Part shown: in pieces, positions 24,938 through 32,000 of the stretch
Numbering within the stretch: the stretch's first letter is position 1
Layout: the number at the start of each line of letters is the position of its first letter
Assembly (NCBI GenBank): GCA_000025185.1
Contig: CP001848.1
Coordinates: 4,410,001-4,442,000 of the forward strand
From: Pirellula staleyi DSM 6068
Lineage (GTDB): Bacteria; Planctomycetota; Planctomycetia; Pirellulales; Pirellulaceae
DNA length: 32,000 nt
Direction of reading: 5' to 3'
Translations under genes and position numbers: made by a program
Notes under the pieces: generated by a model
The model's input: only the letters and a program-made list of their open reading frames with translations
Database searches by the model: none
Told to the model about the DNA's origin: nothing

Positions 24938-27024
24938 TCGCCGTGAGCATCGCAAAGACCTTCTCGGCTTCCACAAAGAAGTTGAGCACTCCTGACCGTG
25001 GCCGTGTCCTCGACTTTCTGACGAAGTTCATGGATGACCCGAGCAGCCCAGGACTAAATTTCGAGACGATTCAAGGTGCCAAAGATGGCAACATGAAGTC
25101 GGCTCGAATTACGCAAGACCTGCGCACGATACTTCATCAAAGCAATGGGATGTTGACGCTCCTGTATGCGGGCCACCACGAAGATGCGTACCGCTGGGCC
25201 GAGCGTCGCAGGATGGAGAATCATCCTGTCACCGGAACGCTCCAAATCGTTGAAACTGCCGAGGCGGCGCAGAATGAGGTGAATGTCGCGGACCTGACGT
25301 CCAATTCCACCAGGACTTTCAATGGTTACGACGATGACTACTTGCTGAGCCTTGGCGTCCCCACGGATTGGCTCACCATCATCCGACAGATTCAAAACGA
25401 CGACCAGTTGCTGGCAGTTTGTCAGAAACTTCCCGAGGAAGTTGCCGAAAGGCTGGTAACGCTCTCGACGGGTGAACTGGTCACGCCACCGCCCCCAGTC
25501 CCGGCCACCGCACCTGTTGAACAGAGTCCAGACAACCTGCGACGGTTCTGGGTCGTCCAGGATGCAGCCGATCTGGCCAGCGTACTGGATCGTCCGATCG
25601 AGGACTGGGTTCGTTTTCTGCATCCGTCTCAACGCTTGCTGGTGACCCAGGAATTCAATGGACCTGCCAAAGTCTCTGGTGCTGCCGGTACGGGTAAGAC
25701 CGTCGTCGGAATGCACCGAGCCCGCAGACTGGCTTCGCAAGGCAAACGCGTGCTGCTCACCTCGTTTGTGACGACGCTTTGCCGGAACATCGAACGGAAC
25801 ATCCACATCCTCTGCGCCGGCACTCAAAACGCGTTTGACGGGTCGACGGAGAGCCGAATCACGGTCAGTACCGTCCATAAGCAGGCACTAGCCCTCGCGA
25901 AGGCGACCCATCCGAAGCTCAGGCCATTGGAATCCGACAAGATCGAAGCTCTGGTCAATCGGCATCACAGTCATGGGGGATACCTGTTCGACTCAGGATT
26001 TCTCGTTACTGAGTGGAATGCCGTGGTCGAACCGCAGGGCATCACGACCTGGGAGGAGTATCGGGATGCCGTTCGCACCGGTCGCGGAAAACCGTTGACG
26101 ATCAAACAGCGCAAGGAGTGCTGGAAGGTATTTGCACGCATTTGGGAAGACCTCATGGCCGCCCATGCGTATCCGTGGTCAGCGATTTGTCGCATCGCGC
26201 GCGAAGCCGTGGAATCGGGAGCCGTGGAAAGCCCGTTTGACGCGGTGATTGTCGATGAGGTTCAGGACCTTCAACCGCAGGAGCTTCGGTTCCTGAAAGC
26301 TCTCTCCGCGAAGAATCCGGGTGACTTCATGCTGCTGGGAGACGCCGGACAACGCATCTATCCGGGGGGATTCAGCCTGAAGAAGCTCGGAATCGATGTT
26401 CGCGGACGGTCCCACATCCTGCGAATCAATTACCGCACCACGGAGCAAATCCGCCGATTTGCCGATGGCTTGCTGGCCACCACGTCCAATGACTTCGATG
26501 ACGGTGCGGAAGACCGGCGATCTCAGAGTCTGCTGAATGGCCCCAGACCCACGATCAGAGAGTTTCCCAACGAAGCCGAGCAAGCCAAGTTCGTGCTTGA
26601 TCAGGTTCGCTTGTTGCTCGAACAGGGAATGTCGCCGCGAGAAATCGCTGTTTTCGCCCGGTCGAGCAGTCGGTTGCAATCCATCCGTGACATCCTGACG
26701 GATGCGAAGATGGAGATTGCCCCGCTGAACGACGAAGAAGATTTGTCAGAAGTCAGGGGCATCAACCTCGGCACGATGCACCGGGCCAAGGGGCTGGAGT
26801 TCAAAGTCGTCTTCGTCATCGACTGTAACCAGGGGGTCGTCCCACATGCCTTCACCTTGTCCAAGATGCGGGATCAAGGGGACTACGACGCCGCGTACGA
26901 GCGGGAAAGACAACTTCTGTACGTCGCGATTACGCGTGCGCGTGATGAAGTGTTTGTCACGTCCGTCGGCAAGCCATCTGAGTTCCTGACGAGCCAACCC
27001 GGAAACACGAGAGGCCAACAATGA
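24934..27024 (+). CDS. UvrD/PcrA-like SF1 helicase with an N-terminal RelE/ParE-like module (696 aa)
   Basis: Walker A GAAGTGKT (25678-25701), VIVDEVQDL, INYRTTEQI, GTMHRAKGLEFKVVFV, LLYVAITRARDEVFV. N-terminal ~95 aa ...KSARITQDLRTILHQSNGMLTLLYAGHHEDAYRWA fits the RelE/ParE C-terminal pattern. ATGA overlaps at both ends (24934, 27021). Confidence 0.88.
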   Translation: MIAVSIAKTFSASTKKLSTPDRGRVLDFLTKFMDDPSSPGLNFETIQGAKDGNMKSARITQDLRTILHQSNGMLTLLYAGHHEDAYRWAERRRMENHPVTGTLQIVETAEAAQNEVNVADLTSNSTRTFNGYDDDYLLSLGVPTDWLTIIRQIQNDDQLLAVCQKLPEEVAERLVTLSTGELVTPPPPVPATAPVEQSPDNLRRFWVVQDAADLASVLDRPIEDWVRFLHPSQRLLVTQEFNGPAKVSGAAGTGKTVVGMHRARRLASQGKRVLLTSFVTTLCRNIERNIHILCAGTQNAFDGSTESRITVSTVHKQALALAKATHPKLRPLESDKIEALVNRHHSHGGYLFDSGFLVTEWNAVVEPQGITTWEEYRDAVRTGRGKPLTIKQRKECWKVFARIWEDLMAAHAYPWSAICRIAREAVESGAVESPFDAVIVDEVQDLQPQELRFLKALSAKNPGDFMLLGDAGQRIYPGGFSLKKLGIDVRGRSHILRINYRTTEQIRRFADGLLATTSNDFDDGAEDRRSQSLLNGPRPTIREFPNEAEQAKFVLDQVRLLLEQGMSPREIAVFARSSSRLQSIRDILTDAKMEIAPLNDEEDLSEVRGINLGTMHRAKGLEFKVVFVIDCNQGVVPHAFTLSKMRDQGDYDAAYERERQLLYVAITRARDEVFVTSVGKPSEFLTSQPGNTRGQQ

Positions 27025-29870
27025 GTTTTTCCGTCGGGACATTGGTGAAGGCTCGCGGACGCGAATGGGTCGTCCTGCCCGAGTCACAGGATGATTTTCT
27101 GGTCGTTCGCCCACTCGGGGGAACCGATGCGGAAGTCGCCGGGATCGATACCTATTTGGAGTCGGTCGACCCGGCGAGCTTCGACCTTCCCGACCCGACA
27201 CGGCTGGGTGATTTTCAATCGTGTCGCATGCTGCGGAATGCGATCCGCTTCGGATTCCGTTCCAGTGCCGGGCCGTTTCGATCATTCGGCAAGATTGCCG
27301 TCGAACCGAGACCCTATCAACTCGTGCCACTCTTAATGGCACTGAAGCTCGATCCCGTGCGGCTCCTGATCGCTGACGACGTCGGTATCGGGAAAACCGT
27401 CGAGGCATTGTTGATTGCTCGGGAACTGCTGGATCGGGCCGAGGTCCAGCGAATGTCCGTGTTGTGTCCACCCCACCTCGCAGAACAGTGGCAGGACGAA
27501 CTCCGCGACAAGTTTCACATCGAGGCCGAACTCGTCCTCTCCAGCACGGCGAAACGCCTCGATCGGGTCTGCGGCAACCGATCCGTCTTCGATGTGTTTC
27601 CCTACACGATTGTTTCTCTCGACTACATCAAGAGTGAATCGCGCCGTAACGATTTCATCCGTGCCTGTCCTGAACTGGTGATCGTTGATGAGGCACATAC
27701 CTGTACGTCATCCGCCCAACCAGGGCGGGGTGGCACACGGCAGCAGCGCCACGAGGTCGTGAGGGAGCTTTCCAAGAGTCCGAATCGACACATGCTCCTC
27801 GTCACGGCGACACCCCACTCAGGCAATGAAGAGGGCTTCCGCTCACTGTTGGGGTTACTCAACCCCGAATTCGCGGACCTTCCCACAGACCTCTCTGGTG
27901 ACGAGAACCGCCGACAACGCGAACGCCTCGCCCAGTATTTCGTGCAGCGCCGTCGCGGTGACATCAGGCACTACCTGGAATCGGACACTTCGTTTCCTGA
28001 TCGCCTGGAGCAAGAGCAGACCTACAAACTCGGCACGTCCGAGTACCGTAAGCTGTTCGATCGCCTGTTGAGCTACGCTCGCGAAGTCGTGCAGGAATCG
28101 GAGGGAATGTCCCGCGTACGGCAACGTGTTCGCTGGTGGGCGGCGCTGGCGTTGTTACGGGCACTGGCCAGCAGCCCGGCAGCTGCCGCTGCGACACTGC
28201 GGAGCAAGCTCCAGGCCATCGCGGCGGAATCGCCGGATGAAGTCGATGACATCAGTCGCCCTCTCGTCTTCGACGATGACGCCGAAGACTCCGCAGATGC
28301 CCCGGACATCACGGCGGGTGCGGACCTGGCTGACCTCGAAGAGAACGAATCGGACGCTGCCAAAGAGCGGAAGCGCTTGCTCGACATGGCGCGTGCGGCA
28401 GACAAGCTCGAAGGCGACGGCGACCCCAAACTCGTTCAGATGGTGCCGATCGTCAAAAGGCTCGTCTCCGAGGGCCACCGACCGATCCTGTTCTGTCGTT
28501 TCATCGCCACAGCCGAATACCTCGCCGAGCAGCTACGCCAGCGACTTCCGAAAGGGGTCACGGTGATCGCTGTCACCGGGCAGATCCCACCCTCGGAGCG
28601 TGAGGCCCGCATTCAAGAGATGCGGAATCACGAACAGTACGTCCTGGTCTGTACCGATTGCCTGTCCGAAGGGATCAACCTCCAGCATCTGTTCGACTCG
28701 GTCATCCATTACGACCTGAGCTGGAACCCCACGCGACACGAACAGCGAGAGGGACGTGTCGATCGCTTCGGCCAGCCCAAGCCCGAAGTCAAAGTGCTGA
28801 CCTACTATGGCACCGACAACCAGATCGACGGCGTCGTTCTGGAAGTCCTCATTCGCAAGCACAAGGCGATTCGCAAAGCCCTGGGCGTTTCGGTCCCCGT
28901 GCCGACAACCAGCAATGCTGTGCTGGAGGCGTTGTACGAGGGGTTGCTGCTGCGGCGCAAAGATACTCAGCAGCAGATGTTTCAGTTCCCGGATGATGAC
29001 GAACTGAAGCCGATGACCAATGAGTTCAACGCCGAATGGCAGAACGCGGCGGACCGAGAGAAGAAGAGCCGCTCACTGTTCGCTCAGCACACAATCAAGC
29101 CCGACGAAGTCGCCCACGAAGTGGCCGAGATTCAGTCTGCGATTGGTTCGGCTGCGGATGTCGACGCCTTTGTCACATCGAGCGTCAAGGCGTTTCGAGG
29201 GGTGATCACCCGCCAAGGGGGCCGATGCGACATCGACCTGACAGAAGCTCCCCGCGCCGTGCGGGAATCGATCCGCTCCACACCGAAGTTTGCCGGACGC
29301 TTCCAGCTTCCGGTCTCCAACGATGAGCTGTATCTCTCGCGAACGCACCCTGTGATCGAGGGGCTTGCGACTTACGTGATGGATTCGGCGCTGGATGCCA
29401 CTTCGGTCAGCGACGGACCGGTTCCGGCAGCCCGATGCGGTGTCATTCGGACCAAGGCTGTCAGCACCCGCACGACGTTACTGCTGCTCCGGCTGCGGTA
29501 TCACATCATCACCACGCGCGGTGATGAGTCGACTCCCTTGCTCGCGGAAGACACACTGATCGTCGGCTTTCGAAGTGCCCCCTCCGCTGCGGAATGGTTG
29601 TCGCCCGCTGAGGCGGAATCCCTGCTTCTGGCCACTCCCGATGACAACGTCACCGACGATGTGGCTCGCAACTTCGTTCAGAAGGTGATTGATGAGTTCA
29701 GCCACTTGAGGTCTCATCTCGATGAAGTCGCCGAGGCACACGGGAAGGAACTGCTCGACGCTCACCAGCGTGTGCGGACCGCCTCCCGCCGTGTCGGAGT
29801 GAAATACAGCATCGAGCCACAACTGCCGCCGGACGTTCTGGGGCTGTACGTGTATCTGCCGGTGATGTAA
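27021..29870 (+). CDS. SNF2-family helicase (DrmD-like), 949 aa
   Basis: PRPYQLVPLLMAL, LIADDVGIGKTVEA (27375-27398), VIVDEAHT (27679-27700), LLVTATPHSG, VLVCTDCLSEGINLQ, HYDLSWNPTRHEQREGRVDRFGQ. Confidence 0.9.
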   Translation: MSFSVGTLVKARGREWVVLPESQDDFLVVRPLGGTDAEVAGIDTYLESVDPASFDLPDPTRLGDFQSCRMLRNAIRFGFRSSAGPFRSFGKIAVEPRPYQLVPLLMALKLDPVRLLIADDVGIGKTVEALLIARELLDRAEVQRMSVLCPPHLAEQWQDELRDKFHIEAELVLSSTAKRLDRVCGNRSVFDVFPYTIVSLDYIKSESRRNDFIRACPELVIVDEAHTCTSSAQPGRGGTRQQRHEVVRELSKSPNRHMLLVTATPHSGNEEGFRSLLGLLNPEFADLPTDLSGDENRRQRERLAQYFVQRRRGDIRHYLESDTSFPDRLEQEQTYKLGTSEYRKLFDRLLSYAREVVQESEGMSRVRQRVRWWAALALLRALASSPAAAAATLRSKLQAIAAESPDEVDDISRPLVFDDDAEDSADAPDITAGADLADLEENESDAAKERKRLLDMARAADKLEGDGDPKLVQMVPIVKRLVSEGHRPILFCRFIATAEYLAEQLRQRLPKGVTVIAVTGQIPPSEREARIQEMRNHEQYVLVCTDCLSEGINLQHLFDSVIHYDLSWNPTRHEQREGRVDRFGQPKPEVKVLTYYGTDNQIDGVVLEVLIRKHKAIRKALGVSVPVPTTSNAVLEALYEGLLLRRKDTQQQMFQFPDDDELKPMTNEFNAEWQNAADREKKSRSLFAQHTIKPDEVAHEVAEIQSAIGSAADVDAFVTSSVKAFRGVITRQGGRCDIDLTEAPRAVRESIRSTPKFAGRFQLPVSNDELYLSRTHPVIEGLATYVMDSALDATSVSDGPVPAARCGVIRTKAVSTRTTLLLLRLRYHIITTRGDESTPLLAEDTLIVGFRSAPSAAEWLSPAEAESLLLATPDDNVTDDVARNFVQKVIDEFSHLRSHLDEVAEAHGKELLDAHQRVRTASRRVGVKYSIEPQLPPDVLGLYVYLPVM

Positions 29871-29959
29871 CGGCTCGCTTCACCCTCTGTCAGGGAGACA
29901 GGGTGAGGTCAGAGGAAACCAGTACGGAGACGCGTTGATGTTCGACCAGAAAGACGCTC

Positions 29960-32000
29960 GTGCGAACTCGTACCCGCAATCCATTCACGACGGTCTCCAC
30001 GGCTGGGCTGCTGCTCCCGGTCGATCTGCTCGCGCGCATTGTCGACGGCGATCCCAACCTGCCGGGCCTCACCCCCAAGGATTACCACCTGCGCTCTGGC
30101 GAACGGCTCAATGAAGCGGCCAGCCGGGCCTGGAATGAATGCCTGGCCGCCTGGAAGTCGTTTCGCAAGAAGTTCGCCTCTCTTCCAGCCTCGGATACCG
30201 GCACCACGCTCACCCGCGATGAATGGCTGTTGCCGCTGTTTCAGGAACTCGGCTACGGGCGTCTGCAACCCAAGCGAGCCATCGTCATCGATGGCAAGGA
30301 ATACCCGATCAGCCACGGTTGGGAAGATCACGTCCCTATCCACCTGCTGTCAGCTCGCTATTCCATCGACCGCCGCACGCCGGGGGCCGCCGGGGCGGCC
30401 ACCCGTGCCCCGTACAGCCTGCTTCAGGAGCTGCTCAACAGCAGCGGCCAGCATCGCTGGGGATTTGTCACCAACGGTCTCAAGCTCTACCTGCTGCACG
30501 ACAACGCCGCCCTCGCGCGGGCCGCGAATGTCGAATTCGACCTCGAAGCGATGATGGACGGCGAACTCTACGCCGACTTCATGCTGCTGTTCCTGCTCTG
30601 CCATCAATCCCGCGTCGAGATTCAGCCCACGCCGATTGCCAAAGTCACCCTGGATCGGAAGACCGGCAAGGCCAAGAAGGCGAAAGCCACGAGTCAGAAG
30701 AAGCTGGTCACCGATGACGATGCCGAAGCCGGTGAAGGCGACGACTCCGTCGACGCGGAAGCAGAAAAGACCCGGCTTGGTCCGGAGAACTGCTGGCTGG
30801 AGCGCTGGGCCAATCAGGCTGATCAGCAAGGGACCCGCGCCCGCGACAAACTACGAGATGGCGTCGAAGCGGCGATCAAGTCCCTCGGAGCCGGTTTCCT
30901 GACCACCAAGGGGAATCAGGCACTTCGCGAGCGGATGCGGACGGGCGAACTGTCGACCCAGGACTATTACCGCCAGCTTCTCCGCGTCGTCTATCGGCTG
31001 CTGATGCTGCTCGTCGCCGAGGAAAAGAAGACCGAGAACGGGGCCAACCTCTTTCATCCCCCCGGCACTCCGCCCGAGGTCACCGACCGTTACGCCCGCT
31101 TCTACTCGGTCAGCCGCATTCGCACGCTGGCCTACGAGCGGCGCGGCACCGCTCACACTGATCTGTATGAATCGCTCAAGGTCCTGTTCCTCAAGCTGCG
31201 CGAGGGGTACGCCCCGCTGGGCATTCCCGGCATGGGTTCGTTTCTCTTCTCGGACGACTCCACGCCCGATCTGGACGACGCCTTCCTCGCCAATCAGGAC
31301 TTGCTCGATGCCTTCCGGAATCTCTGTTACACGGAAGACACATCCGGGCGCGGCGGCAGCATTCGCCGTCCGGTCGACTTCGGCAGCCTCGGCAGCGATG
31401 AACTCGGCAGCGTGTACGAATCGCTGCTCGAACTGCATCCCAAGATCGACACCGATGAGGGGCCGTTCACGCTCGGCACGGCGTCCGGTAACGAACGCAA
31501 AACGACCGGTAGCTACTACACCCCGACCTCGCTCATCAACTGCCTGCTCGACTCGGCCCTCGATCCGGTCGTTCACGCCGCCATCGATGTTCCTGATCGT
31601 GCCGAGGCCGAACGCAAGCTGCTCAATCTGAAAGTCTGCGATCCGGCGTGCGGCAGCGGACACTTTCTGATCGCAGCCGCTGAGCGAATGGCGATGCACC
31701 TGGCTAGGCTGCGGACCGGCGATGACGAGCCGAACACGCTCGATGTCCAGCACGCCAAACGCGACATCATCGGCCGCTGCATCTACGGCGTCGACATCAA
31801 CCCGATGGCCGTTGAGCTGTGTAAGGTCGCCCTCTGGATGGAAGCGATGGAGCCGGGGAAGCCGTTCTCGTACCTCGAACATCACATCCAGTGCGGCAAC
31901 AGCCTGCTCGGAACCACACCCGCGCTGCTCGCCAAGGGAATCCCCGACGATGCGTTCACGGCGATTGAAGGAGATGTGAAGTCCCGCGTCAGCGAACTGA
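29960..32000 (+). CDS. Eco57I/DrmMI-type N6-adenine DNA methyltransferase, 5' part (continues beyond the window)
   Basis: Open frame (positions = 2 mod 3) from the in-frame stop at 29936-29938 to the window end. Not in the ORF track because it has no stop. First start-type codon is GTG 29960 (MRTRTRNPFTTVSTAGLLLPVDLLARIV...). Motifs GSYYTPTSLINCLLD (~31508), motif I VCDPACGSGHFL (31637-31666), IYGVDINPMAVELCKVALWME, HIQCGNSLLG. Confidence 0.85.
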   Translation, partial: MRTRTRNPFTTVSTAGLLLPVDLLARIVDGDPNLPGLTPKDYHLRSGERLNEAASRAWNECLAAWKSFRKKFASLPASDTGTTLTRDEWLLPLFQELGYGRLQPKRAIVIDGKEYPISHGWEDHVPIHLLSARYSIDRRTPGAAGAATRAPYSLLQELLNSSGQHRWGFVTNGLKLYLLHDNAALARAANVEFDLEAMMDGELYADFMLLFLLCHQSRVEIQPTPIAKVTLDRKTGKAKKAKATSQKKLVTDDDAEAGEGDDSVDAEAEKTRLGPENCWLERWANQADQQGTRARDKLRDGVEAAIKSLGAGFLTTKGNQALRERMRTGELSTQDYYRQLLRVVYRLLMLLVAEEKKTENGANLFHPPGTPPEVTDRYARFYSVSRIRTLAYERRGTAHTDLYESLKVLFLKLREGYAPLGIPGMGSFLFSDDSTPDLDDAFLANQDLLDAFRNLCYTEDTSGRGGSIRRPVDFGSLGSDELGSVYESLLELHPKIDTDEGPFTLGTASGNERKTTGSYYTPTSLINCLLDSALDPVVHAAIDVPDRAEAERKLLNLKVCDPACGSGHFLIAAAERMAMHLARLRTGDDEPNTLDVQHAKRDIIGRCIYGVDINPMAVELCKVALWMEAMEPGKPFSYLEHHIQCGNSLLGTTPALLAKGIPDDAFTAIEGDVKSRVSEL

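Noticed and set aside
25054-27471. Minus-strand ORFs of 274 aa (25054..25878), 166 aa (26179..26679) and 241 aa (26746..27471)
   Set aside because: They are antisense to the UvrD-like and SNF2 genes, whose motifs are unambiguous. The translations are Arg/Pro-rich with no motifs.
29880-29906. Hairpin after the SNF2 stop codon as an operon terminator
   Set aside because: It is a bulged 5+5-bp stem with no U-tract, and the methyltransferase gene follows 54 nt later in the same orientation. It is more likely an intra-operon RNA structure than a terminator.
30851-31885. 344-aa minus-strand ORF, plus the plus-strand ORFs 30039..30554, 30223..30717 and 31167..31631
   Set aside because: These are shadow or off-frame ORFs typical of GC-rich coding DNA, with Arg/Pro/Ala-rich low-complexity translations. 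The third plus frame gives unambiguous methyltransferase motifs over the same DNA.

Overview
Densely coding, moderately GC-rich bacterial window that reads as accessory or mobile DNA rather than core chromosome. All functional calls come from motif recognition by eye in the supplied translations; no database search was run. Left to right:
(i) 1-2.7 kb: a replicon-like module. It has a 416-aa protein with two winged-helix-like segments, four ~22-bp iteron-like direct repeats plus an AT-rich patch just upstream of it, and a ParB-like HTH protein.
(ii) 2.9-6.8 kb: an McrBC-type restriction pair. Its McrB carries extra PUA/EVE-like modules, one inserted inside the AAA+ core.
(iii) 6.8-7.9 kb: about 1.1 kb with no credible ORF.
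(iv) 8.1-17.65 kb: eleven minus-strand genes in three apparent transcription units. Unit one is a J-domain/trypsin-like membrane protein. Unit two is DUF1257, DUF2997 and a Ycf46-like AAA+ ATPase plus three unknowns. Unit three is a small HU-like protein, a beta-clamp homologue, an unknown, a Cas4/RecB-like Fe-S nuclease and a small TM peptide.
(v) 19.4 to beyond 32 kb: a plus-strand operon. It encodes a 1845-aa DExH helicase-DUF1998-DUF559 nuclease fusion, a UvrD-like SF1 helicase with a RelE/ParE-like N-terminus, an SNF2 helicase, and an Eco57I/DrmMI-type N6-adenine methyltransferase. The methyltransferase runs off the window and is absent from the ORF track.
The best candidates for something new are the non-canonical DISARM/Druantia-like operon and the uncharacterised minus-strand block that sits between two restriction-type systems.
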